Assembly (NCBI GenBank): GCA_050273025.1
Contig: CP158636.1
Span: 4,278,001-4,342,000 of the forward strand
DNA from: Cenococcum geophilum
Taxonomy: Eukaryota
Direction of reading: 5' to 3'
DNA: 64,000 bases
Part shown: positions 1 through 12,499 of the stretch, in pieces
Layout of the letters: each line of letters starts with the position of its first letter
Numbering within the stretch: the stretch's first letter is position 1
Notes under the pieces: generated by a model
The model's input: only the letters and a program-made list of their open reading frames with translations
Told to the model about the DNA's origin: nothing
Databases searched by the model: none
Translations under genes and position numbers: made by a program

Positions 1-3000
1 CCCCTAGGATATCCTTCTCTTTTAAACCTATCTTAATTCCTTAAATTTACTTAGATTTACTATTAATTTCTTCTAATGCATACCTAAACTATTACTTAAA
101 TTTTAAAGTACCTTCCCTTTTTAAACCTCTTAATTCCTAAAATCTATTTAGATCCTCTATTAATTCCTCTTGATTTAAATTCTAATCTCCAGCTAATTAC
201 TCCGCTAGTTACTACAGTAATAAATAACTAGCTTAATTTGTACCCTATATTTCTATATATAGTAAGCCTTGACCTAAACTAGAATTCGTAATATAGTACT
301 CCCTATATATTTTAATATTATTCCTACTCTACTTCTAAGGAACCTGCGGCCTTAAACGGCTCCTATAAGGCTGCGGCTGTATAGACCTATATAGATATAT
401 AAGCATGTCTACCCCCCTTCCCTATAAAGTGTTAAGGCGTATTATTAAGTGCGCCTATTATATTGCCGCTCTAAAGTTTAAGGTATTTATATTTCGTGGA
501 AATCTTAAACCCTAGTAAACTATTATCCGAACTTAGCTGGCTAAGTACTAATATTACTATAGCCTTTGCCGCGCTATCCCTAGGGTTTACCCAGATTTCC
601 TTATTTATATTGTTATAATATACTAGATATTAGTTTTTGACGAAGACCGCATCTTTAGTAATGCGGAGGATTTTAGTAGCATGCTGCCTAGCGACTTTCT
701 AAATATTTTTTATTAGCATACTACTAATCTACCTAGCGTTGGCAATACCTTAATATATAGTAAAATATAAGGTGACATTGCTTCACTATTAGGTATTTTA
801 TAGAAGGGGATATCCTCCTTTTAGGAGGATAAGGATTGGCTCCATGCTAATAAAAAGGCGCGTAAGTAATTTAAATATCTGCTATCTATGCTAGAAGCTA
901 TCTATAGTGCGGATATAATAAGTCTAAGAAAGATGCAAGTAATGGATACATTAGTAAATAGATATTAAGACCCTTTAAAGGGGCTAATTTTTCTTTAGCG
1001 GGGCTGATTTTTAATAGGGTAGGGCCTATGTAATACCGCCCGTTCCTAAAAACCGTTATTATACTAATATACCTTACGGAAGAGGTACGGGCGACTTATA
1101 AAAATTGTCTTAATATTTATAGGTGAAGAGAATATGCCTTAGAGCGCATATAAATATATATCCTTTAGTCCTGTATAAAGAGGCCACTAAACCTCTACTC
1201 CCGTTATTATCCTTACCTAGCACTTTTACCTTAAAAATAATATTATAATAAAGCTGCCGGAAATTATAAAGGACAATTTAATTATTAGACCAGATTGTCT
1301 TTTAGTTTCTCCTTAGGATTTCCTATAGGGCTTTAATAAACCTAGTACAGATTATAATGGTGTTAAGGTAAAAGATACTATATACCCTTTAGTTATATTA
1401 GTCTAATAGTTTTATAGGTTATAGATATTTTTGCCCTCTACTATATACGGCAGTGCTAGCAATAAGGCCCGCACCTATATTACGGCAAACGTATTCCTTT
1501 AGGGATATTTAATTCTAATGGTTTAGTAGTTAAACGTATAGTATTCTTAGGTAATCTCGTACCTATAAAAGGCGGGCTAGAAATAATTAAATAGGTAGAA
1601 TGTAAGGTAGAGGATAGGAATAATTGGCTTTAGATAAAAAATGCTTTATCTTCTTAAAAATTCTTTAAATAGATCTCCTTTAATGACCAACTTAAGCAGG
1701 TTAAGGTAAATATTATAAATAATATAGCTTTTTATATGTTAACAGTTTTATAGGTCTTAGATATATTTAGTTTCCGCCCTACTTTAAGCGCTTCCCTCCT
1801 ATATAGGAGACGGTTTACCCTACTTGGGATTTTTCTTTTAAATAGGTTGTAGAAGCTAGGTAAAGTGCTATTAGATATAGTTAAAAAGATAGAAAACGGA
1901 GAGGAAGCTATAGAATAGGTAAAGCGTAAGCTGTAGTGTTGTAAGGACGAAGACTTAGCCGGGCAGATGTTGTCTTTAAGTTTTACTTAGCTAGAAATAG
2001 GAGAACGGAAGCTATAGGACATTGGTTCCCATAGGGGAGTTTAATAAAGCGTTAAGAATTCGCGTCATTTAGAGCTTTAATAACCTCGTTTTAAAGGCAA
2101 ATTATATCCTCTGCTTTATCTGTAATTTTAATTAATAGCCTACTATACGTTTTAATAAGCCGACCGCCTAATCTTTTTAGCTGCTTTAAAGCTTACCGCA
2201 GTTTTTATCTAGGTAGCCCTCTTTAAATCACGCCGTAAGCAATAACCCTAAAGTGGATTAGAAGGTCTTTATACTTACATTTTTATAACATTAGGAGGAC
2301 ATAGTTTATAGGTCTTATAGTATTTTAGGCACCACGTTTTTACTCTATTAATAGAATGGCTGTATTTAAGCTTTATTTAAATATAGTCGCACATTTTATA
2401 AGGTAATAACAATAATTTTCCATTTAGGTAAAGTATAGGCAATATATAGATTCTAATGTTAGAGCTATTCCGGAATCCATAGTATATATATACTACTTTA
2501 ATTAATAAAATCGTAGTAGATTATAGGAACCTTATATTTGGTATAGGAGGTTGCTTATATATATAAAACTGGTAATAAGCTAAGTATGCGGAGGAAGCTA
2601 ATAGTATCGTTTTTTATTGGTGCCCCCTTAGGAGACGCTAGAGTATATATATAGGCATATTACTGCCGTGTATATAAAGAGATCGCTACGCACTAGGGAT
2701 CGCGGCTATTTAAATCGATAACGGAAGCTAGGGAGCTGGTTTAGGCGTTCTAATAAATAAGATTAGAGCATTCCTTTTATCTAGCTTGGCCTCTATACGC
2801 CTAGTATATTATAATATATTATAGCGGAATAGAGACGCTTTAAAGGAAGTGCAGGATAAGGTTTAGACTTTAGTTATTTACTAATTCGCGGCTATTTTCT
2901 AATAGGACTTTAACTAGGTTTTAACCGGGTTCTAACTAAATTCCAATTAGACTTTAACCAGACTCCAACTAAACTCTAGCTTTTTACACCCGTAAAAGGC

Positions 3001-4299
3001 ATATAAGAGAGTAAATAGAAGTACAATCCTTAATAAAGCCGCTCCTAGCTAGCAATATGCTTAGCGTTAGGCGTTTCCCTAGCTTATAGATTTAAGTAGA
3101 TAATCTTGCAATAAAATCCACGTAAATACTTTCTATTTTACTCCCCTTTCTATTATATATGTTAAGCAGAGCGCAGTGTAGATATCTAGACGTTAGTTTA
3201 TGGTAATAAATAGGCTTAGGTGGGGTTATATGTCGCTCTTACCCCTCCAACCACTTAGGGTAGCGTAGTTTTTTAATTAGGCATTAAACGCCTATTACCT
3301 AAAAATGTTTTAGCTGATATAGTCACTCTTAACAATAATATTATCGCCTTATTACCTTTTTATTAAAGCCCCCTCTTACTAAACTTTATATATTTATTAT
3401 ATTTCCCTTAGAGAAATCTATAGAACGTCTTTAATATTTATAGGAAGCTTACCGGAATTCTTACTTAGTTTCTTAGTTTCTCTTTATCTTATAAGCCTGT
3501 AATATAACTACCCTCCTCTTAACCTTATATATTGCTAGTATAATAGCTCTATTAGTTATTACCGCGATCTACCCTTAGGCTTAGCTTTTTAACGGCATAT
3601 ATATTACGCGACAGAGACACCAATTACAACTCACTTTAATTGTTGTAGATTACTGTACTATGGCCAGTATAATTAGGAAAACTAGAGTTAAAGATAATTT
3701 AGAAGACGCGCTTATAAGGAAGTATAAGGAAGAGGTAGAAAACTCCCTAGGCCTATAATAGTGGGATCTAACTATAGCTTTAGACCGATTGCGGCGACTA
3801 TAAGGCGCCTAACTAGATAAAGCCAGACGGTACACAAACTAACCCCCCAAATAGTACTGTTGCTATTATTATTAATATATAAAATAACGTTAGAGCAGTA
3901 CTAATCTATAAAAGGCAGGATAGCAAATATAAAGGCGGCGTTAGGATAGAGGACTAAGAATATATAGTAATAGTTCCTTAGAGTAATAATTGGTATTACT
4001 ATAGTATAGGATCTACTAGGCTGGCGTATATTAAGAAGAAGTAGGATATATTTTAGACTTATTATATTATTTACCAACGCTATACAGCGAAATAGTCGCT
4101 AAGCTCCCTTAAAATAGGAATCGTAATAAATAGCGCAGACTCTACTTTATATATATTTATTAAGTATATCTAGCCTCTAAGATAATCGGATATAACTACG
4201 CCTTAAGCATCAGCAACCGTAAGCTCGTAGACATCCCCTATAAGTGACGCCGGCTATACTAGCAGGGGATCTATAGGGGTTTCTAGAGTAATTAAGCGA

Positions 4300-4750
4300 T
4301 AGAACCTTAAGAGCATTATAGTCTTCCATACCTTTTACAGAGTATCCCTTAACTATATCCCTAAGGACATCGCACTAATAAGCGCTCTTATGCCCTTTGA
4401 ATTCCGAAAGAAGCAAGAGCCTATTATGATCCCTTATACTAGCGACTAAAGATTACCCTAGGCTAACGGCGCAAAGTATAACCATTTCGCGGCCACTAAC
4501 CCTTTCGGCCTGCCTTAAAAACTGTTAATAATAATTCTGTCTTTCTGCGGTCTTCGAAGCGCCCTTTAGTGGCTTTACTAATAATGCGAAGGCGTATTAA
4601 ATACGCTTCCCTTTATTTAGCTTTATACCTTCTTAATATACAATTAATTTAGAGGCCTTAAGAAGCTTCTTTGTTGCCGCGGCGATGGTTAATAGTGTAT
4701 AGCGAGATATTTTTGGCTATATAGGGCTAGATTCTATAATTACTTGTAGC
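4300..4750 (-). pseudogene. RIP-mutated hypothetical fungal protein
   Basis: Minus frame reads ...AAATKKLLKASKL..GKRI*YAFALL...Y*QFLRQAERVSGREMVILCAVSLG*SLVASIRD, protein-like once RIP stops are reverted; no family assigned. Confidence 0.35.
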
Positions 4751-6139
4751 CGAAGGGCTATAACATAAACAGTAGTATCGTAGAGAGTGTTGGAAGTTGG
4801 TTGGAAATTGGTTAGAAGTTTGACGGTATTTGTACTAAGCAGCCCTATAGCGGCTATAGCATTAACCCTTACTAAAAACAACGGCGGCTTAGTATTGCGG
4901 ATGCCTACGTATCGCCCTAATTGGTTCCTATTTATTGGAACTTTGTTAGAAATTTATTAGAACTTTGCTAAAGTAAGTAGGGTAACTAGCTGGCTAAAAG
5001 GGGGCTTCTGATAAAGTGCAGTACGCTAGTTTATAGAGAGTGATATAGACAACTACGCGCTGCATTAATTTGTAAGACTGCGAGTGTAAAATGTAAATAA
5101 CAATAGCGGCTGCAGAGGAGAGCCATAACGTAGTAGAAGCACCTCGCTAGAAGAAGCTAATTAATGCCATCCTCTACTATAATAAGCGATCTGTACTATT
5201 AACTCTACTAAACCAGCGCTAAGACGCTGCAGACTTTAATATTGTAAGGCAATTCTCTGCGCTTTAGAAAAGGCTTAGATATACTATATTCTTAGCTCCT
5301 TCTAATCCTTAAGGATAAACGACTGCATACGTCTAGTTTAGGGCTATCCCCTTAGAGAGTAGAAGAAAATCAACAGAGTTAAATCACTGTGGTGGATCGC
5401 TTTATTAGTAATGCTTAAGTTTGCATATTAGATAGATTTAGTAACGTCCACTTCTAGGAGATCGCGCGTATAGATTTATAGGCAACGAATATCTATATAC
5501 GGCCGTTTTAGGATAATCCTTATATCTTTTAATAAGGAATGGTATCTTTACCTAGTAGACCTGTTATTGCTTAGAGTAATAGTAAAATGCCATAAAGACC
5601 GTATAAAAGGATAAGTCTCCCTATCGCCTAGTCTTCTTATATAATCTACTCTCCCTCCTAAATAAGAGCTTCTTGCTAAATCTAGCTGCACTTGTCATTA
5701 ACTACATAATATGTCACTATTATAACTACTCCTTTTACTATAGTAAATGTAGGGCACCGGCTCGGCATATTTAATTAGTATATAGCTAGGATAAATGCCA
5801 GAGAGCTAAAGCCAATAGGTACTTCTACCCCGATGCGTTACTAGCTAAAGGTTAAAATGGTAAAGTAATTATAATGGGATTATTAAGGAAAGTAGGCGAA
5901 TATCCCTAGTGTCCGCCTTAATTAAAGGTAAGTATAAATTAAAAAAAAAATTAGATCTCTACTAATAATATAAGAATACTACTACCTAGCCTTATTATTT
6001 GTAATTTTTTACCTAAAATATAATAGGGAGTAGAGGAATAAGAGTAAGGGCTATTAGGAGTATAGTAGAATAAAGAATAGTAGAGATGTTAATTTGCGTA
6101 ATAAGTCTTAACTAAATAGTAACTAGAAGTTATTAGTAC

Positions 6140-6900
6140 TAAATACTTTACCAACTAAAAATTATACCTTTAGCCTATATATCCTCTAGCAATTTATCTA
6201 TACTTATATAATCTTAGGCCTAGCACTTAGTAATAATATCGTTAAACGCAGCTAGAGCGGCTAGGTTTAGAAACTTTCCCTTAATATATATATTACATAT
6301 TTCTTAGTCTAAAAGCTCCTTATATAGCTTTAATCCTATTATTATCTTATAAAAGGTAGAGCTAAAAGTAAACACTTTACTTCTTATGGAGATTCCTTTA
6401 ATCTTAGGGTGCTTATAACTAGTCTTATAATAAATAAGAGGGGCTTAACTATTAATTAATAACCCAGCAAAGTCGCCAAGCTTCGTATTAAGCTCTTTAT
6501 TAAGGAAAACGTTATTACAAGAAATATCCCTATATAGTACCTATTTGGAGTAGATAAAAGCAATTAAAGCTATAATCTATTAAATCTAGTGAAGTTATAG
6601 TAGCAGCGGAACCGGCTTGGCTTGTTTTGCAAAGTACTATCTTATAGAACTATTGCAGGCATACTATAGGATAAGGGCATCCTCTAGGCTCCTATAAAAT
6701 TAAAGAATACTATTATAATATTGTCCGAGGCGTTGGTAGATATACTTTTCCCTCTTAATAAACGGTAGCTTAGTAGGCCGGGCGAACTTTATAACAGCAT
6801 TAAGATAAGCGACTAGTGCCGTAATTCTAACGCCTACTATATCTTAGCTATTTAAACTATATGGGTAATAAATAGTATAGTTTATCAGAGGCATCTACAT
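6140..6900 (-). pseudogene. Ser/Thr protein kinase (small, single domain), RIP-inactivated
   Basis: Minus translation: YPYSLNS*DIVGVRITALV..AVIKF...REKYIYQRLG; VLYRDISCNNVFLNKELNTKLGDFAG (catalytic loop and DF motif, ~6470-6540); VFTFSSTFYKII (subdomain IX). Confidence 0.85.
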
Positions 6901-7000
6901 GGTTATAATACCTATATATATATATGTTAGAAATAAATAGCATCGGGAAAATATTCGCAGGATGAGATTTAAGTAGACTTTGGTTTTCGCGTTTCGCGTA

Positions 7001-7355
7001 ATTAACATACAATTTAACTAACTCGACACGCAATTAACCAACTTGACACGCAATTGACTAACTTAATATACAATTTAACTAACTTAATACGCAGTTGACC
7101 TACTTAACATATAATTTAACTAACTTAATACGCAGTTGACCTACTTAATATGCAATTTAACTAACTTAACACGCAGTTGACCTACTTAATATATAATTTA
7201 ACTAACTTAACACGCAGTTAACCTACTTAATATGCAATTTAACTAACTTAACACGCAGTTAACCTACTTAATATATAATTTAACTAACTTAATACGCAAT
7301 TGACCTACTTAATATATAATTTAACTAACTTAACATGTAGTTAACCTACTTAGTA
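7001..7355 (+). repeat. Tandem array of alternating 20/21-bp units (41-bp higher-order repeat), e.g. CAATTAACCAACTTGACACG
   Basis: Directly visible; unit variants differ mainly by C>T/G>A. Confidence 0.9.
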
Positions 7356-7427
7356 ACAACTTTAAAAGCTAACTGTATATTTCTTGACGTGCGATTAAGG
7401 TAAAGTTATATACTATATATTTAACTA

Positions 7428-7490
7428 TTATATATAATCCTATACAATCTTATACAATCTTATACAATCTTATATAATCTTATAGTCTTA
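7428..7490 (+). repeat. 10-bp tandem repeat TATACAATCT, about 6 copies
   Basis: Directly visible. Confidence 0.85.
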
Positions 7491-7497
7491 TTACTTA

Positions 7498-7875
7498 GAG
7501 GCTCTGCACGAGGCTCTACACAAAGCTCTGCGTACAGAGGCTCTGCACGAAGCTCTGCGTATAGAGGCTCTGCACAAAGCTCTACACGAAGCTTCGCATA
7601 AGGCTCTTCACGAGGCTCTACACAAAGCTCTGCGTACAGAGGCTCTGCACAAAGCTCTATACGAAGCTCTGCACAAAGCTCTACACGAAGCTCTGCATGA
7701 AGCTCTGCACGAAGCTCTGCACGAGGCTCTACACGAGGCTCTGCGCGAGGCTCTGCGCGAAGCTCTGCGTACAGAGGCTCTACACGAGGCTCTGCGAGAA
7801 GCTCTACGTATAGAGGCTCTGCACAAGGCTCTACGCGAAGCTCTACATACAGAGGCTCTACACGAAGCTCTGCAT
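7498..7875 (+). repeat. 12-bp minisatellite GA(G/A)GCTCTGCAC with interspersed 15-bp variants (GAAGCTCTGCGTACA)
   Basis: Directly visible; the reverse-complement array lies at 63283-64000. Confidence 0.95.
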
Positions 7876-8005
7876 CGGGTCCCCGCTATATTCCCGATAG
7901 CCTCTATACGTGCCTCTACCCTATATAACCACCTTATTTTTTACCCTTCCTTCCTTCTTTATATCCTCCCTACCTAGGAAGGCACCAGAACGGCAGCCAG
8001 CAGAG

Positions 8006-8752
8006 GACCGTTGCTAGAACTAGACGACCGTCGCCAGAACCAGATAACCGTTACCAGAACTAGACGACCATCGCCAGCCAGACAACCGTCGCCAGAACCA
8101 GACGACTGTCGCCAGAACCAGACGACCGTCGCCAGCCAGACGACCATTACCAGAACCAGACGACCGTTACCAGAGCCAGACAACCGTCGCCAGAACCAGA
8201 CGACCGTTGCCAGAGCCAGACAACCGTCGCCAGAACCAGACGACCGTTGCCAGCGCCAGACGACCGTCGCCAGAACCAGACGACCGTCGCCAGCCAGACG
8301 ACCGTTACCAGAACCAAACGACCGTTACCAAAGCCAGACGACCGTCGCCAGAACTAGACGACCGTCGCCAAAACCAGACGACCGTCGCCAGAACCAAACG
8401 ACCATCGCCAGCCAGACGACCGTTACTAGAACTAGACGACCGTTGCCAGAGCCAGACGACCGTCGCCAGAACCAGACAACCGTTACCAGCACCAGACAAC
8501 CGTTACCAGAGCTAGACGACCGTCGCCAGAACCAGACAACCGTTGCCAGCGCTAGACGACCGTCGCCAGAACTAGACAACCGTCGCCAGCCAGACGACCG
8601 TTACCAGAACCACACAACCGTCGCCAGACAACCGTCGCCAGAGCTAGACGACCGTCGCCAGAACTAAACAATTGTTGCTAGAACCAGACGACCGTTACCA
8701 GAACTAAACAACCGTCGCCAGAACTAGACAACCGTCGCCAGAGCTAGACGAC
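8006..8752 (+). repeat. 20-bp minisatellite CCAGAACCAGACGACCGTCG with shorter variants
   Basis: Directly visible; only 2-3 inverted units at ~63080-63135 in copy B. Confidence 0.95.
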
Positions 8753-8802
8753 AACAACTAGCCAGCGAACACTATAAACGATTTAATCGATCGATCGAAT
8801 TA

Positions 8803-9220
8803 AGGTAGCATAGATAGGTAGGCACAAACAGGGAGATACTAACGGGTAGGTAGATGCTGATAGGTAGGCAGATGTAGACTAGTAATTAGATGCAGATAGG
8901 CAAGTAAATGCAGATAGGTAAGTAAATGCTAACGGGTAGGCAGATATAGATAGGTAGGTAGATATAAATAGGTAGGCGATGCAGACAGGTAGGCAATGCA
9001 GATAGGTAGGCAATGCAGATAGGTAGGCGATGTAAATAGGTAGGCAATGTAAACAGGTAGGCGATGCAGATAGGTAGGCGATGCAGATAGGTAGGCGATA
9101 TAGATAGGTAGGCAATGCAGATAGGTAGGCGATGTAGATAGGTAGGCAATGTAGACAGGTAGGCAATATAGGTAGGTAGGTAGATAGGTAGGTAGGTAAG
9201 TTAATAGGTAGATAGGTAGA
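8803..9220 (+). repeat. Purine-rich ~17-18-bp tandem repeat GCAGATAGGTAGGCGAT decaying into (AGGT)n
   Basis: Directly visible; related inverted array GCCTACCTGTCTAT at 62707-62968. Confidence 0.9.
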
Positions 9221-10710
9221 AGAGAACCATTGCTATATTATATTAAATTATCTAAAATAATATTTATTTTGCTAGCCTTATAAATAGCCTTAAAGTAGCT
9301 TTTATTTATTTAAAATATGCTATTAGTATAAAAGAGGTAAATATAATTGTGGTTGCCAAATGCGTAGATTGCTAGCAGGTTTCGCGTAGGTTACGTGCAG
9401 GTTGCGCGCAGACTGCGCGCAGGCTACGTGTCAAAAAAACACGATATAGGCTAGTCGGTTGAGTTGCCAAATGCCCTCAACTGCGCGCCAATTGCGTCAA
9501 CCACCAACCATTGAGGCCATTGGTAGGGTACCATATTTTGCCGATAAGGGAGGGATTCTAATTCTCCTTACTTTATAATTTGGGCGCTTATATAAGAGAC
9601 AAAGGTCTAGACTTAGAATTATCCTTAGTTGGATAAGGCATCCGCTAAGACTTTAGAATACGTAATCGAGGTAGGGAGAATAGAGGGAAGTTAAGCGAGA
9701 ATTCGGCCTATACGTAATAGCCCCTACTAAGCCTCTTATATACAACTTAGCGAGGGCCTAACGATATACTATAACAAAAGTAATAACTAATCCCGAGCTT
9801 TTAGCTAATAAATAGTGGAATCCAAAAATTAGACGGAATTATATTACTAGAAGAAGACGGCACTATTTAATTACTTATCTAATCATTTCTAGAACCCAGA
9901 CACAGTTATACAATTACCTTAGTCTTTAAATGTAGAAATGTAGTGTAATATAACTAGGCTAAGCGAGAATGTGGCTTACGCGAGGCGGTAATTAGAGTTT
10001 TACCGCTATATATTATATAGAGCATATAAAGAATTTAAATCTATTAGACTGGTAATTATAAGATACTCCTGCTAAATACGCTAAGAATAAGAATGTTAAA
10101 CTAGAAATAGACCTCTAAGCTAAAAAGAGCACCATAATCTGAGAATAAGGATATCTTAAAGTATTACCGCCGTCCCTTATACACGGCAGCTCTAAAATAA
10201 ATCTTTGCTAGACCCTAATCACTATTTTATATAGTGTCGACCTATAAAGATAATAAATTATATTAAGCGGCACTTCGATCAATTACCCCCTAATTCTGAA
10301 ATTTTATGCCCCGATCCTATATGCAGTACTACTAAGATTATTTTACATTTTAAGTATCACGTCTTTAAGGTTTATTATATCAAACTTTACGGCTAAGCTT
10401 TTATTATATATATATTTTTTAGACTTCTATTTTTATTATCTTTATTTCTATAAATTATATACCTTAACACCTTAGCCTCTATACTTTATATCTATCTTTT
10501 ATAAAATTACCCTTATCTATTAAGTCCCCCTTCCTTATTAAAGCAAGCTTTATATACCGCTTTCTACCTACCCTAGTTCTTACGTCTTGTTATTTACTAT
10601 ACTGCTATCCTACCACTATGCGCCTTATAGAATACCCGGATTCCGATATAAAGAGCAAGAAGAGTACTAGGCGTTATAAGCAGTGCAAATTATAGACTAG
10701 TATTAACTTA

Positions 10711-10925
10711 ATACTACGCCTAAACCTAGATACGAAGATTTAAAAGGCAAAGGCTAAATAACTCTATAAACTAATTCGTAAAAGAAGGGAAACGGTATTT
10801 AAAAAAGCGGAGGAGCTATAATGCCTTAGTAATGCAGATATTTATATTCTTATTGGCTATAAAGGGAAACTATTTACATATACATCTACTAAGCGGCCTT
10901 TATAGCCACTAATAAAAGAATAAAT
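10711..10925 (+). pseudogene. SRF-type MADS-box transcription factor-like, RIP-inactivated
   Basis: Plus translation RKRRETVFKKAEEL*CLSNADIYILIGYKGKLFTYTS matches the MADS consensus KRRxGLFKKAxELxxLCxAxVxxII...GKLYxY. Confidence 0.8.
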
Positions 10926-11219
10926 TGTAAAGGTTATAAGATATCTTCTTTAAAGCGTTCTAACCTTTATAGGATTAAATATATCCGCCTCTAGTAAAGT
11001 TTATACTAAAATGAGTGGGTAGGAGGGTACTTAATATGGTTTAGGGTTTTTCCTAAGGTATATGCCAGACGGCGCTTTAGGCGATCGCAGTCGGCGTCTA
11101 TTAAGCCGCTTTAGCATTCCACTATACTATTATTTTTAACTTATCTATTTTTAACTTATTATTTTTTTAAAGACGTTTTTATAATATAATATTAATAGTA
11201 GGGACTTCTAGCATAATAA

Positions 11220-12460
11220 TATAAGAAATAATAACTATTTTATTATAATTGTTAATCTACCTATTAAACTTTTTGAAAAAATACTTAGTTTCCTACCTAT
11301 AGAAGCGGTAGCGGCTCTCTAACTTATATGCTAACAAGTTAAGTGTTACTACTTTAACTATTTTGGTGGTCTCTTTATAACTAAACGCTTTATGCTTTCC
11401 TGACTAGCTCTTAAAACCTTACTAGAAATTTTGTAAGGACCCTTTACTAAACGCCTATAAACTCTTAGATTTGGAACTAAACGGCTAAAGTAAAACCAGA
11501 ACCTCTAGGTCTGGCTATTAAGCGAAGAATTATATAATAACCCTCCAATAACACAAGATTAGCGTTAGTTTACTATCCTATATAACGACCAAGAATACGC
11601 TAAAAGGTTAGGATTTAGAAGTGCAATTCTCTTAGTTGTATTACGCAACCTCTTAAACCTACGTTAAGTCGAAATCTATAGGCCTAAGTCATTAGATCAA
11701 ACTCCTAGTTAGAGTATTATAACTATTTATTAGCAGACCACCGCTAAATAGGATGTAGATATTATTGAAACCTTTAAAACCGTTTTAACTGCACTAACTA
11801 CTTGCCTTATCCCGATCTCAGAGTTTAAGCTAGATCCATTTAAATTCGATATTAATACTCTAAACAATAGAGTCGACCTTACGGCTCTTTATATAATTTT
11901 AGGTTAGCAATTTAAGCGTTTAAGACTAGCTTTTTAAACCCTTACTACTCTTTAAATTACAATCCGCACTAATAATATCTGTCCTTAGCTATTACCAAAA
12001 GGCGTAAAGCTAAGGGACATATAATTAGCTATAAACTTCCTATTAGCTGCGGAAAACATCTAAGTCCTTAACTTAGGCTTTTTCTTTAAATTTCTTAGTA
12101 ATGCCAGTCCTCTAATTCTCAAAAGCATTGCTAAGAGGGTCCGCTTTCCATACCTTAAGTCTTTTACTCTTTAGCGAGCGACTATTACTAAGGAAACTCT
12201 TCTAAAATTCCTTAAAAATTATCGCTTAACACTTTAAAAGGCTAGCCTTTGGAAAATATACCTATTAAGAGGGGATTAGGATGTTATTCGCAAGCAGACT
12301 ACATTCCTTAATAGTTTAGAGATTGGAAAGGTATAGAATAGTTCTTAGTTACTATATAAGGGATAAGTATATACAGAAGTAAACTATTTAAATAAAATGG
12401 GTAAATGGCTCTTAACTAAGATATAGTAAAATGTCTTCCTTTCGAACTTTGCCTTTTAAT
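11220..12460 (+). pseudogene. F-box domain protein, RIP-inactivated
   Basis: N-terminal VNLPIKLFEKILSFLPIEAVAAL*LIC*QV (from 11251) fits the F-box consensus LPxELxxxIxxxL...LRLxCR; a degenerate frame continues ~1.2 kb. Confidence 0.7.
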
Positions 12461-12499
12461 ATACCCCGTAAAGATAGGCCGACTCTCCCTCGTCGCACG

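Larger units (their letters stand above)
6941..9546 (+). mobile_element. ~2.6-kb non-coding element made of stacked tandem-repeat arrays, with ~14-bp terminal inverted repeats (copy A, complete)
   Basis: Left end CATCGGGAAAATAT (6941-6954); right end ATATTTTGCCGATA (9533-9546, reverse complement TATCGGCAAAATAT, 12/14 match). Five different arrays inside. An inverted homologue starts at 62269. No convincing TSD. Confidence 0.65.

Noticed and set aside
1..2500. Possible DUF3435 captain or other named gene at the left edge
   Set aside because: Protein-like degenerate frames exist, but I found no tyrosine-recombinase motifs; strand and family could not be established.
7488..7505. TTAC just before the 12-mer array as a Starship target site or boundary
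   Set aside because: TTAC is common in this AT-rich DNA, it does not fit TTAC-N7-A, and no captain gene follows.
8006..8752. CRISPR-like appearance of the regular 20-bp repeats
   Set aside because: Units are contiguous with no unique spacers, no cas genes are present, and the context is eukaryotic.
7608..9166. ORFs of 64-218 aa over the left arrays (RASC, PEPDDRRQNQTT, LPICIAY repeats)
   Set aside because: Overlapping ORFs on both strands arise from stop-poor tandem repeats; 20-bp units cycle through frames, and unit number differs greatly between the two copies.
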